Shown here: in pieces, positions 24,382-33,916 of the stretch
Layout: each line of letters opens with the position of its first letter
Position numbering within the stretch: position 1 is the stretch's first letter
From: Bacteroidales bacterium
Lineage (GTDB): Bacteria > Bacteroidota > Bacteroidia > Bacteroidales > UBA3663
DNA: 64,000 bases
Assembly: GCA_045576355.1 (NCBI GenBank)
Contig: JAZNGG010000015.1
Location: 9,123 to 73,122, forward strand
Direction: 5' to 3'
Position numbers and translations under genes: made by a program
Notes under the pieces: generated by a model
What the model was told of the DNA's origin: nothing
The model's input: only the letters and a program-made list of their open reading frames with translations
The model's database searches: none

Positions 24382-27090
24382 TCAAAAAAATCGCCACCAG
24401 TCAAGGCGGACATCGCCTTCTGCTTGATCGATACAGAGATATAGGTCATGTACCCCTTGAGCACCTTGAATCTTGGTTTTGAATGAGCGATATTTCTCCA
24501 CACTGCCGGTAGGCTTGAGCAGAACAGTTCCCACGACCGGACCCTCCGGACTATCGAGCCGCACGGTCAATGTGGCAGAACCTGTACCTGCAGCAGAAAG
24601 GGAAAATCGCTTGGCTCCCGTTCCGAAATCGACACCGCGCAAACGGATGTATTCGTTCGGGTCAAGATCATAGATATACATATTTTTCTTTCCCTCAGAG
24701 AAGGGCATCTGTTCCACAATGCCCGTATTATCAAATCCGACTTTAGCACTCTTCAAGCCGTATCCCCAGTTCATCGTCTCAGCCTCTACCCGACGGTATG
24801 GGTCGAAGGTGTGGAGCTGTTCGGCCGGCTGCTGATCGAGCCAATAAGGGAGTTCGGCGATGGTGCCATCGGGATTGTACTTCATCTCGGTAAAAGTGAC
24901 CGAACGACGCTCATAATGGCGCAAGATGTCGATATTCTTCAAGTCATAGTTCTGCCCGAAAAGATAAGTACGTCCCTTGAAATCGGCGATACCGGGATGA
25001 TTGCCGCGAGTGCGCGGAGTGTGATCCATGATGTGACCTTTATGTTCCCAGGGGCCTGTGGGGCTCTGGCTCATGGCATAACCAATACCCTCCGGACAAC
25101 AAGTGGAGGCAAAAGCCATGTAGTAGTAATCACCTCGTTTATAACACCAAGGTCCCTCCTGATAGTCCGGGATGCGAGGCAACTTAACGATGTCGCCCAC
25201 CGTAGAGATCATATCCTCCCCGAGTTTGACATAGTAGGTATTAGGATTACCCCAGTACATATAGGCCTGTCCGTCATCGTCGATAAAGACAGTGGGATCG
25301 ATATCATCCCAATGTTCGCGTTGCCAAACGAGCGGTTTGCCGAGCGGATCCTTATAAGGTCCATAGGGAGAGTCTGCAACGAGAACACCGATACCATGCC
25401 CATGCAGAGGAGCATAGAGATAATATTTGCCATTGCGAGAGACGGTTTGGATCGCCCAAGCACCATTGTCCCGACTGCGCCAGGCAAAGTCTTTGAGCGA
25501 GGCTATCGCACCATGTTCTGTCCAATTGACCATATCGGTAGTGGAATAGAGCAACCAGTCATACATAAAGAAACCCGCCGAACTGCGCTCATTCGGGTCG
25601 GCGATGTCTTCGGGAGAGGAGTCATGAGAGGTGAAGAGGAAAAGAGTATCCCCCACGACCAACGGAGAAGGATCGGCGGTGAATTTGGTCTGCGTAAACG
25701 GCATATTGGCTTGCTCCACGCCACGCATCTCCCACCAGTCGAAATTCATCAAGTGGGGTCCCTTACGACCGGTAAAGCAGAGATAGAGGTCATGCACACC
25801 TGTAACCTTAGTCTTGATGTCTGCCACCAAAGTCTGCCAATTCTCCCATCCTCCTGTACCGGGCACATCAAGACGGGTGAGCAACTCGCCTTTCAGACTG
25901 TCCACACGCACCTCGATGGCACCTCCACGCAGACCACTTGCCACACGGGCAGTAAATGTGCGGGGCAACATACGACCGAAATCCACGGCTTGCAACTTGA
26001 TGTAGTCCCCATTATGCGCATCGGTGACATAGACTCCGATCTCATCGTTTTGCTCGGTCTTCAATCCTCGAGAGAAAGCCATCGTCTCTGCCTCGACACG
26101 GCGATAAGGACAGAATGTCCCGACAGGTTTCACTCCGGCATCGGTGGGATGAATCGTGGGGAATGATCCATCAGGGTTATAGGTAAACTCCTCGATGGCT
26201 ACACTACGACCGAAACCGCCTCCTCCGGGCAACTTGCCGGTGTGATAGAAAAAGTAGCTATGCCCTTTATAATCTGCCACTCCGGCATGATTGGTAAACG
26301 AACCTGTATTGCCCAAAGGCATAATCTCTCCGGCGTATTTCCACGGACCGGTCGGGGAGGTCGCTGTGCTGTAAGAGATGTGTTCCGGCACCCCTCCGGC
26401 AGCATAGATGAGCTGGTAAGTGCCGTTGCGCTTGGTGAGCCAGGGACCTTCGACATAGCAGTCCTTGTACTTCTTGCCCTGCTCGCGGTTCTTCATCAGC
26501 GGAGCACCAAAAGCCTCCTCGGTCATGTCGGCAACGATGAGGTCTCCCTCATAGGAGATCATATCCTCGTTGAGTTTGAGATAATAGAGCTGCGGATTGC
26601 CCCAGCACACCCATGCCTGTCCATCGTCATCGATAAAGACACTGGGGTCGATGTGGTCCCATGAACCATTTTCATATAGAGGCTTCCCGATGGCATCGCG
26701 GAACGGGCCCGTCGGCGAATCCCCCACTGCCACACCAATCGCCATACCTCCGGAGAGTTTGGAGTGGGCGCAGATGTACCAATAGAACTTGCCGTTGCGC
26801 TCGATCGCCTGTGCCGCCCAGGCACGATCATCTGCCCATGAGAAAGACTCAAGGGCCAAAGGCGAACCATGGTCGAGCCAATTGACCATATCGTCAGACG
26901 AGTAGATACGCCACTCCTGCATCCAGAAGAAGTCTGCCCCATCTTCATCATGACCGGTATAGACATACATACGTCCGTCATGCACCAGCGGAGCGGGGTC
27001 TGTGGTGAAACAAGTCTGCACGATTGGATTTTGTGCGAAACCCTGCAGGACAAAAGTCAGAAGCAGGGATAAAAGAGATATCTTTTTCAT
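24382..27090 (-). CDS. Tandem GH43 glycoside hydrolase with two CBM6-like modules
   Basis: Signal peptide. Two GH43 modules (NPIVQTCFTTDPAPLVHDGRMYVYTGHD and FTADPSPLVVGDTLFLFTSHD). Each is followed by a CBM6-like module (YRRVEAETM...GDYIKLQAVDFG and YRRVEAETMNW...YIRLRGVDFG). Confidence 0.85.
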   Translation of the reverse strand: MKKISLLSLLLTFVLQGFAQNPIVQTCFTTDPAPLVHDGRMYVYTGHDEDGADFFWMQEWRIYSSDDMVNWLDHGSPLALESFSWADDRAWAAQAIERNGKFYWYICAHSKLSGGMAIGVAVGDSPTGPFRDAIGKPLYENGSWDHIDPSVFIDDDGQAWVCWGNPQLYYLKLNEDMISYEGDLIVADMTEEAFGAPLMKNREQGKKYKDCYVEGPWLTKRNGTYQLIYAAGGVPEHISYSTATSPTGPWKYAGEIMPLGNTGSFTNHAGVADYKGHSYFFYHTGKLPGGGGFGRSVAIEEFTYNPDGSFPTIHPTDAGVKPVGTFCPYRRVEAETMAFSRGLKTEQNDEIGVYVTDAHNGDYIKLQAVDFGRMLPRTFTARVASGLRGGAIEVRVDSLKGELLTRLDVPGTGGWENWQTLVADIKTKVTGVHDLYLCFTGRKGPHLMNFDWWEMRGVEQANMPFTQTKFTADPSPLVVGDTLFLFTSHDSSPEDIADPNERSSAGFFMYDWLLYSTTDMVNWTEHGAIASLKDFAWRSRDNGAWAIQTVSRNGKYYLYAPLHGHGIGVLVADSPYGPYKDPLGKPLVWQREHWDDIDPTVFIDDDGQAYMYWGNPNTYYVKLGEDMISTVGDIVKLPRIPDYQEGPWCYKRGDYYYMAFASTCCPEGIGYAMSQSPTGPWEHKGHIMDHTPRTRGNHPGIADFKGRTYLFGQNYDLKNIDILRHYERRSVTFTEMKYNPDGTIAELPYWLDQQPAEQLHTFDPYRRVEAETMNWGYGLKSAKVGFDNTGIVEQMPFSEGKKNMYIYDLDPNEYIRLRGVDFGTGAKRFSLSAAGTGSATLTVRLDSPEGPVVGTVLLKPTGSVEKYRSFKTKIQGAQGVHDLYLCIDQAEGDVRLDWWRFF

Positions 27091-27100
27091 GTGTATTAGG

Positions 27101-28861
27101 TTATTTTATTACAATCTTATTACTTCTGCACGAGCCATCCTGCAGGGTCTCCCGACAGATATAGATGCCCGGAGACGATGCCTCACGGGTCATCCCTGCC
27201 ATGTCGAAATACTCGACGGAGATCACCTTGTCGTCAGAGTCTGAGACTCCTGAGAGGGCTGAGACCGCCCCCTTATGAGTGAGGGAGGCACGACCGATGA
27301 CCAGATCTGCCCACGGCGCATCTGCCGTGTAGAAAGTGACCATATAGTAGCCTTTTTCGTGAATGTCAAAAGAGAAAGTCTTGGCTGTAGTGCCCGAAAA
27401 GTTATTGGTGGCAGCGTTGCCGACATTGGCTGTCGGGGTAAACGTATTGGCATAGACCGTCTTGCCCTCCAGTGTCTCTATCGCCACCGTAACAGGGGAG
27501 AAAGTCGGGATGTTCCAGTTGCAGACACGGGTGGAAAACTGGTAGTTGCCGGGATGTAACAAGAGCGAGATCGCAGTCTCTTCGGCAGCATAGCGGGCGT
27601 AGCCGGCTTTGACCCCTCCGGTGGCGTTGCGGGTGTAAAGTCCCCACTCAAAGTCCTTCTGCGTGCCGGTGAACTGAAACACACGGCTTCCGGATGAGTA
27701 ACCGGACGAATATCCTACTCGCTTCTCATTGCCGTCATAGGTGGTCCACCCATTAGGGACACTCCCTGCGGTGGCAAAGACACTCGCCATCTGATGCGTG
27801 CCGGTCACCTCCTTCACCGCGATAGAACGCTGAAAACTCCCTGTGCGCCCCTCATCATCGGTGACTACGGCGCGGATGTAGTGCGTCCCTCTGGACAGAT
27901 TCTCCAAGACATAAGTATAGGGGGCTTCGGTCATCTCGGCGAGGAGCGATCCGTTGAGAAAAAACTCCACTTTAGCCACCTTGCCATCCGGATCACTGGC
28001 TGTGGCACTGATGGTGATGGGGGGAACATCGACAGCTCCGCCGATGGCTACAAACGTGAGTCCGTCTTCGGGAGAAGTGAGCTTCACCGAAGGCTCTTTG
28101 ATCTCCAGGGAGTAACGCTTACAGAAGTTCCAGATCTCTTCGCCCGTAAAGACGACATCATTAGAGATCCAGTGACCCTTGTTGGCAAGCTCCAGCAGCA
28201 CCACCTCTACCCCATTCTCTCCGGGGCCCCAGGTGTGTCGGGTGATGTGATTGGCACGATAGGGACTCTTGACCTTGGCTGTGGTGGGGCATCCGTTGCG
28301 TTTGACCCAGCCGGCAAGGATGTTGGCAACGCCTCCAAAGTTCACCACGTCGTCTGTCGTGCCGTGCGTATGGATGATCGGCACCGGACGGGAACTGGTG
28401 TATGTGCCTCCACCCATCGGGTAACCACTGATGGGGGCAAAAGCGGCAAACTTGTCCGCCATACGGTTCATGGCATGATAGGTAAACATGCCACCCATGG
28501 AGAATCCGGAAATATAGACCCGATTACGATCGATGTCATACTTGGTAACCATCTCGTCGATCAATGCCTCCATGAACTTAAGGTCACGGTCACCACCGAT
28601 GTCCCATCCGCGGTCGATGCCGTTGGGGAAGACGGTGACAAACTTGGCAGTATCGGCGATGCTCTCAATCTTCAGCATATCTCTCTGATAGGCGGCATCT
28701 TGATTCATGCCGTGGCAAGAGATGAGCAATGGGCGCTGGGGTCCCAGGTTTTCAGGGGCATAGACCAGATAATTACGGCTGGTATTATCGACCGTAATAG
28801 TCTCTGCACTCAGAGGTGCAACAAGCAATAAGGCAAGTAAAAAGCCGAATAGTCTTTTCAT
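27101..28861 (-). CDS. PHB-depolymerase-family / CE1-like esterase with Ig-like and beta-sandwich domains and a T9SS sorting domain
   Basis: LISCHGMNQDAAY...FPNGIDRGWD...VYISGFSMGGMFTYH (GxSxG nucleophile elbow). A Big-like module (ISATASDPDGKVAKVEFFLNG). The C-terminus is ...PGIYICRETLQDGSCRSNKIVIK. Confidence 0.8.
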   Translation of the reverse strand: MKRLFGFLLALLLVAPLSAETITVDNTSRNYLVYAPENLGPQRPLLISCHGMNQDAAYQRDMLKIESIADTAKFVTVFPNGIDRGWDIGGDRDLKFMEALIDEMVTKYDIDRNRVYISGFSMGGMFTYHAMNRMADKFAAFAPISGYPMGGGTYTSSRPVPIIHTHGTTDDVVNFGGVANILAGWVKRNGCPTTAKVKSPYRANHITRHTWGPGENGVEVVLLELANKGHWISNDVVFTGEEIWNFCKRYSLEIKEPSVKLTSPEDGLTFVAIGGAVDVPPITISATASDPDGKVAKVEFFLNGSLLAEMTEAPYTYVLENLSRGTHYIRAVVTDDEGRTGSFQRSIAVKEVTGTHQMASVFATAGSVPNGWTTYDGNEKRVGYSSGYSSGSRVFQFTGTQKDFEWGLYTRNATGGVKAGYARYAAEETAISLLLHPGNYQFSTRVCNWNIPTFSPVTVAIETLEGKTVYANTFTPTANVGNAATNNFSGTTAKTFSFDIHEKGYYMVTFYTADAPWADLVIGRASLTHKGAVSALSGVSDSDDKVISVEYFDMAGMTREASSPGIYICRETLQDGSCRSNKIVIK

Positions 28862-28930
28862 GTCGGAGACAATTTAACGTTAATAAAATCTGTTAATGGT
28901 ATTGATTGGGACAAAGATATGTCTCCGACA
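28861..28930. repeat. 11-bp perfect inverted repeat bracketing the esterase promoter
   Basis: TGTCGGAGACA (28861-28871, overlapping the ATG) pairs with TGTCTCCGACA (28920-28930). The -7 box lies between them. Confidence 0.7.
28912..28919 (-). promoter_or_regulatory. -7 promoter box (TAtcTTTG) for the esterase gene
   Basis: The reverse complement of CAAAGATA, about 50 nt upstream of the ATG at 28861. Confidence 0.5.
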
Positions 28931-28942
28931 AGAACTTATCTA

Positions 28943-31864
28943 TCAGTTTTGTGACAAAACATGATAGTTTTGTAACGTACCGTCATAATCGATCACTATA
29001 CCCCCTGCAGGATCGGCATCCCAGGGGTAAGGATGCTCCGGAGAGATCGGAATCACCCTCAAAGTGATACGTTCCGGCATCGTGGGAAATGAGCCTTGTC
29101 GTGCCCCGATGGTAAGGCTATGATCGGCCTCGTTATATGAGATCGGAATACGGGCATACTCGCCGCGCTCGTAACCATAGTCCGTACCGGCATCATCATA
29201 GAGCGTAAAGTGCGCATCGGCACCGGTGTAGAGCAAAAGGGTGATCTGATCCATCGGCTGCTCGTCGCTCCACTGCAGGTCTTTGCCCAATGGGAGGATC
29301 GTTCCGGCAGGTACATGCAGCGGGATCCGCTCATAAGGGGCTTCCACCTCGCACATCTCTCCGCCAGAAGAGACCCGTTTACCACTATAGAAGTCATACC
29401 ATCCGCCGGGTGTCTCGGGGAAGTAAAGGGTGCGTGTCCTGTCGCCATATCGATAAATGGGCGAAACCATCAGCGAGGGTCCCAGCAAGAACTGATCACC
29501 GATGTCGCGGACGCGGAGATCAGCCGTATAATCCATGACCAGAGGACGCATGAGGGTGTAATCCTCAAAGTGTGTCCTGCCGGCCAGCGAGTAGAGATAG
29601 GGGAGCAATCGGTAGCGAAGACGGAGGTAATAGGCGATGGAGCGATAGGCAGGATGCTCCTCCGGTGCGATATTCCACGGTTCACGGGGTGGATATTGTC
29701 CATGAGCACGAAACAGAGGGACAAACGCGCCGAACTGATACCAGCGGGTATTCAACTCGCGCCACTCCTTCAGATCCTCGTTTTCACGTCCGGTCTTCTT
29801 ATACTCTTTCCAGGCTTTCTCATACCGTTTTTCGACACAAAAACCACCGATGTCCATCGTCCAATAAGGGATGCCACTGATCGAGAAATTGAGTCCGGCA
29901 GAGATCTGAGCCTTCATATCCTCCCAGCGTGTGGCGATGTCCCCACTCCATGTGGCAGTGCCGTAACGCTGCAGTCCGGAGAAGCCCGAGCGGGTGAGCA
30001 GGAAGACGCGGCGGTCGTCTTTACCCTCGTGGGTCGGTGTTGTCTCATCGACACCGCCGGCGGAGCGCTGTCCATCGTAGATGGCTTCGGCATTCATCAG
30101 CGCATAAGCATTGAAAAACTCGGTCGATGACCCCAATGCCGTAGGTCCACAGAGCGCCTTGCGATAAGGGAGGTCGGTACAGTCACGGATGTTCGGTTCG
30201 GAGGCATCCATCCACCAGGCATCGATGCCGAGCGGATAGAGTTTCTCTTTCATCTGCTGCCAGAAGAGGCGACGGGCATCGGGGCTATAGGCATCATAAA
30301 ACGAGTAATGATAGCCCTGACCGATCCAGTCCTTGAGACTGTCGCGGACCGCCTGCCGATACATCCACCCCCGCTCATCAAACTGACGGAAGTGCTCCGT
30401 ATCGACATAAAACTTGGGCCACACCGAGATCATCAGTCGGGCATGGCGGGCATGGACACTATCGACCATCGCCCGGGGATCGGCAAATCGGGCGACATCA
30501 AAATCATGACTACCCCATGCCTCCTCCGGCCAGTAGTTCCAGTCGAGGACAATGTTGTCTATCGGCAAACGACGGCGGCGAAACTCTGCCAGATTGGCGA
30601 GAAGCTCATCTGCCGTCTTATATCGTTCGCGGCTCTGCCAGTAACCCATTGCCCAGCGGGGCATGACCTGAGACTTGCCGGTCAGGGTGCGATAGCCCAA
30701 GATGATCTCATCCATATCTTCACCGGCGATCAGATAGTAATCCAGCTGGCGGGTCATCTCGCTCCACCAGGAGTGTTGTCCTTGCTGCTGAGGATCGACC
30801 GGGGCAAGGGCACGCAGTCCGCAATAAGACTCGCCTCCATCGGGTCGCCACTCCACTCGGATCGGGACACGACGCCCTGCCTCCAGAGTGACGGCAAACT
30901 TATAGGCGTTGGGGTTCCATGCCGTGCGCCAACGTTCTGCCACGACCTCCCGATCGTCGATAAAGACCCGGACATATCCGGCATAGTAAAGGATAAACTT
31001 AAACTCACCGCTCTCGCGAGGTTCGATGGCGCCCTCATAGAGCACTGACGAACCATAAAGGGGGAATTTCTCCGGGAGATTGCGGATCGTCTTGAGGTTC
31101 TCAAAGTAGAGTGAATCCTCGCGGCGCACCACCGTCTCACCCCGCTGCGGAGTGTAGGTGCCGGTCAAGGCGCCCTCTACACCCTCCTTATCATAGAGCC
31201 GAAAGAGGCGATGCAGCTGGTCATAGTCGCGCGGATTGCCGAAGCGACAGAGCGAATAGCTGTCGAGCAGCAGTCCATAGCCTCGGGTGGAGACGACAAA
31301 GGGGAGAGAGACTTTGGTGTTATACTGGAAAAGTTCCTCATTTTTACCTTTATAATTAAACTCATCTGCCTGATGTTGTCCCAGGCCATAAAATGCCTCA
31401 TCATCGGGAGAGTCAAAGACTTGTCGGATCGTGTAGCCCTCCGTCTCATCGACACGGATCGGGGTAAACTGCTTGCCTCCACCCTGCGGCTCGGCGAGGA
31501 TAACCTTGCCGTCCCGGTCGGTAAACCGGACCTCTCCGGTCGAGGCAATGACCGAGGCGGTCAATGCAGCAGTCTGCAGCGAGATGGTGTCTCCCTGCCG
31601 TGCGACGGTGTAGGGGGTGACATGCTCACGGGGGACGACCACGAGGGAGGTCGGATCGGCAAAACGCCGTTCGGGGGTGGCTGAAACACGGATGATGCGC
31701 TCACCCATCACCTCAAATCGTACCAATCGGGCATCACCCTCCTCTTGTGCTGCCACATGGACGGTCACAGACTGTCCCTCCTGTTTGTAGTCGCCCACAG
31801 AGGTACATGCCATCGGCAACCAGGCTGCCAATAATCCCATAGGGATCGCTCTCTTTATCTTCAT
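28943..31864 (-). CDS. Glycoside hydrolase family 31 (alpha-xylosidase/alpha-glucosidase type) with a PA14-like insert
   Basis: The track ORF starts at a TTG (31882). I prefer the ATG at 31864, which gives the lipoprotein signal MKIKRAIPMGLLAAWLPMACTS. GH31 motifs are LPIDNIVLDWNYW, GIDAWWMDASEPN and FLLTRSGFSGLQRYG. Confidence 0.85.
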   Translation of the reverse strand: MKIKRAIPMGLLAAWLPMACTSVGDYKQEGQSVTVHVAAQEEGDARLVRFEVMGERIIRVSATPERRFADPTSLVVVPREHVTPYTVARQGDTISLQTAALTASVIASTGEVRFTDRDGKVILAEPQGGGKQFTPIRVDETEGYTIRQVFDSPDDEAFYGLGQHQADEFNYKGKNEELFQYNTKVSLPFVVSTRGYGLLLDSYSLCRFGNPRDYDQLHRLFRLYDKEGVEGALTGTYTPQRGETVVRREDSLYFENLKTIRNLPEKFPLYGSSVLYEGAIEPRESGEFKFILYYAGYVRVFIDDREVVAERWRTAWNPNAYKFAVTLEAGRRVPIRVEWRPDGGESYCGLRALAPVDPQQQGQHSWWSEMTRQLDYYLIAGEDMDEIILGYRTLTGKSQVMPRWAMGYWQSRERYKTADELLANLAEFRRRRLPIDNIVLDWNYWPEEAWGSHDFDVARFADPRAMVDSVHARHARLMISVWPKFYVDTEHFRQFDERGWMYRQAVRDSLKDWIGQGYHYSFYDAYSPDARRLFWQQMKEKLYPLGIDAWWMDASEPNIRDCTDLPYRKALCGPTALGSSTEFFNAYALMNAEAIYDGQRSAGGVDETTPTHEGKDDRRVFLLTRSGFSGLQRYGTATWSGDIATRWEDMKAQISAGLNFSISGIPYWTMDIGGFCVEKRYEKAWKEYKKTGRENEDLKEWRELNTRWYQFGAFVPLFRAHGQYPPREPWNIAPEEHPAYRSIAYYLRLRYRLLPYLYSLAGRTHFEDYTLMRPLVMDYTADLRVRDIGDQFLLGPSLMVSPIYRYGDRTRTLYFPETPGGWYDFYSGKRVSSGGEMCEVEAPYERIPLHVPAGTILPLGKDLQWSDEQPMDQITLLLYTGADAHFTLYDDAGTDYGYERGEYARIPISYNEADHSLTIGARQGSFPTMPERITLRVIPISPEHPYPWDADPAGGIVIDYDGTLQNYHVLSQN

Positions 31865-31909
31865 AAGTCTTTTATTATTCAATTATTTATATGTATCGCT
31901 TTACGGCTT

Positions 31910-31917
31910 CAAAGATA
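31910..31917 (-). promoter_or_regulatory. -7 promoter box (TAtcTTTG) for the GH31 gene
   Basis: The reverse complement of CAAAGATA, about 45 nt upstream of the ATG at 31864. Confidence 0.5.
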
Positions 31918-31998
31918 CGTTTTTATCTTGGAAAAAAGAAGTTTCTCTCTCTCTTTTCTCTCCCATGAGAGCCTTTCTCTCACCGTTCTGTCAGCCTA

Positions 31999-32086
31999 TA
32001 CACATTACACGGCAGCGTCATACACGTTACACGGCGGCGTCGTGCAAGTCACACGGCGGCATCATGCAAATACATTTCCGAAACAT
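31999..32086. repeat. 22-bp-period minisatellite, array D (different unit sequence)
   Basis: Units are TACACATTACACGGCAGCGTCA, TACACGTTACACGGCGGCGTCG, TGCAAGTCACACGGCGGCATCA and a decayed TGCAAATACATTTCCGAAACAT. The array is preceded by a CT-rich tract. Confidence 0.8.
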
Positions 32087-32302
32087 CTTTATTTAGAGCC
32101 ACTTACCACAATACGTTTTCTCCACACTTCTTCACAAACAAAGAAAAAAGAGACTGCATCAAGTAATCTTGACACAGCCTCAATGTTCTCGTTCATAACG
32201 ATCAATACGTCTATCAAATTCCAATCTGACAACCTCTGACATCAAATCATGTGGTTATAATCAAATTAGGATTATAGTATTCGGAGAGTTTTAGAGAAAA
32301 CT

Positions 32303-33538
32303 TTATCTGTTGCTAACAGGTCTTACATATAACACTCCACCACCTTTGACCTCTTTTTCCTCATAAAAATTATATTTCTTGCCCGTTATTGGATGTGTCC
32401 AATCAAACTCTTTGTCACTCCTAAATGGACAAAGGACAAGCCCATAGTCACAATATGTGTGAGCTTTTTCTGTCAGCACTTCACCGACTCCGATTTCTTT
32501 CTCAATAGATACTAATTCGTTATGAAAATCGGCTTTTATTTCTCGAAAGTCATCATCGGAAAGACCACCGACGTTACAATTTCTCTTATATTGTTCTCCA
32601 CAATCTACTGCATCTTTTAAATACCCAATAATGTCTTCTGAAGCACTCAAATAGACGGTGATGTCATGCTTGCTGCTTTTTTTAACGTATGGAAGAAAGA
32701 TCACAGATGTACCATCTACTTTATCACTGATATAAAACCCTTTAGTACCATTATACTCACCGCTTTTCCAACAGCACTCCTCTTCCAGTTCCTGCCACTC
32801 CCATTCTGTGGGAATACGATACTTGTTCCCCATAGTTCGAGTTGCGACATCATATTTAGAATTTCCTAACCAATTATTATCATCGACATCCTCAGGTACA
32901 AAATAACGTGTCTCATCGGAAGATATATCATACAAAGCATCAGATTCATCATAATCAAATGGCTTAAATGCAAAACGCTGCTGTAATAAAGTTCCGGCAA
33001 GCGACGAAGAACTTGCACCCATATTGTATGATGCCCACTTTACGCTCAATCCTAAATCGACTAAATCATCGTCAGACAACTTAAAATCAGGCGTTTCAAA
33101 ACTGCGGATTTCCCCATTGTATTTGGTTCCTCCAACATAAGCATAGGCACGATAATAATAAATGGTGCCCGGCTCTAATAATCCTTCACCATCTGAAATA
33201 AGATCTGTCGTGAAATGTCCATTAGAAACACCGCTGTTAGAAATTGCAAACTTTGTCTCACTGGTATTAAAATTGGGTTGGAAAGGGGTAAACTCTACTC
33301 CTAAAGTGCTATATGCGCCCTGATAAACGGTATTAATCGAAGATAATATAGTAGCTGTTAATGGTTTCACATCTCGATAACCTCCGGTAGCCACAAAGCT
33401 ATTTTTTGTGATTTTACCATAATCTTCGGAAACATCTACCATAGGATCTAATTCTTCATCATCTTCACTACAAGCAGCAAAGTTCACACACATCAGAATG
33501 GCAATAACAGCCATCCCAATTTTTCTTAAAGTTTTCAT
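32303..33538 (-). CDS. Lipoprotein with an Fn3-like N-domain and a FISUMP/DUF1566-like C-domain
   Basis: Start trimmed to MKTLRKIGMAVIAILMCVNFAACS. Contains GTIYYYRAYAYVGG (Fn3-like), VDLGLSVKWASYNMGA and KYRIPTEWEWQEL (the FISUMP-type WRLPT-EW-L pattern). The gene is AT-rich. Confidence 0.6.
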   Translation of the reverse strand: MKTLRKIGMAVIAILMCVNFAACSEDDEELDPMVDVSEDYGKITKNSFVATGGYRDVKPLTATILSSINTVYQGAYSTLGVEFTPFQPNFNTSETKFAISNSGVSNGHFTTDLISDGEGLLEPGTIYYYRAYAYVGGTKYNGEIRSFETPDFKLSDDDLVDLGLSVKWASYNMGASSSSLAGTLLQQRFAFKPFDYDESDALYDISSDETRYFVPEDVDDNNWLGNSKYDVATRTMGNKYRIPTEWEWQELEEECCWKSGEYNGTKGFYISDKVDGTSVIFLPYVKKSSKHDITVYLSASEDIIGYLKDAVDCGEQYKRNCNVGGLSDDDFREIKADFHNELVSIEKEIGVGEVLTEKAHTYCDYGLVLCPFRSDKEFDWTHPITGKKYNFYEEKEVKGGGVLYVRPVSNR

Positions 33539-33582
33539 TAAATATAAAAATAAAAAGAAGGCGTAAACTATTCGATACTCGC

Positions 33583-33706
33583 CTTTGCTTAAGGTTACCG
33601 CCAAGTGACCACGTTTACGACAAGCACGAACAGCCCACACCTAAGTGTGAACTTACTTCGCTGCTTATTCTCGTAAACTGAATGATTGGCGGTATTCAAA
33701 GCAAAG
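33583..33706. repeat. 124-nt rod-like near-perfect palindrome
   Basis: Nested helices: CTTTGCTT/AAGCAAAG, TACCGCCAA/TTGGCGGTA, GTTTACGA/TCGTAAAC, AAGCACGAA/TTCG(C)TGCTT, and CACAC-ctaa-GTGTG. There are no G-U pairs, so the strand is undetermined. Confidence 0.75.
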
Positions 33707-33908
33707 AGAACAAGGGCTAAAAGCTCAAAATCCAATATTTAAACAAGTCCAAATGAGAACGCTCTCCTTAGTTAATAATATGTATATATAAAAGAGTTCT
33801 CTCGGTGAAGTGCACCCCTCAGGGGACAGCAATCTTCAATGCGTTCATCGGGTACTGTCTGTTTCTTAACGGAATGTATTTATGGGGTTAATAATCAATT
33901 TGTCATGG

Positions 33909-33916
33909 CAAATATA
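33909..33916 (-). promoter_or_regulatory. Possible -7 box (TAtaTTTG) giving a roughly 370-nt leader for the lipoprotein gene
   Basis: The reverse complement of CAAATATA. It is the only consensus box I see between 33539 and 34046 on the minus strand. Confidence 0.3.

Noticed and set aside
24811-26166. Large antisense ORFs opposite well-supported genes. Examples are 451 aa opposite GH43, 394 aa at 51683-52867 opposite frdA/frdC, 345 aa at 27794-28831, 306 aa at 29210-30130, 285 aa at 44110-44967 and 252 aa at 11099-11857.
   Set aside because: Each lies fully inside a CDS with clear family motifs on the other strand. They have no recognisable motifs and have R/H/G/D-rich shadow-ORF composition. 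The 51683-52867 ORF even spans an intergenic gap of the real operon.
33583-33706. SRP RNA or 6S RNA identity for the rod-like hairpin.
   Set aside because: The apical loop is CTAA/TTAG rather than a GNRA tetraloop. The conserved SRP domain IV motifs are absent, and there is no 6S-type central bubble.
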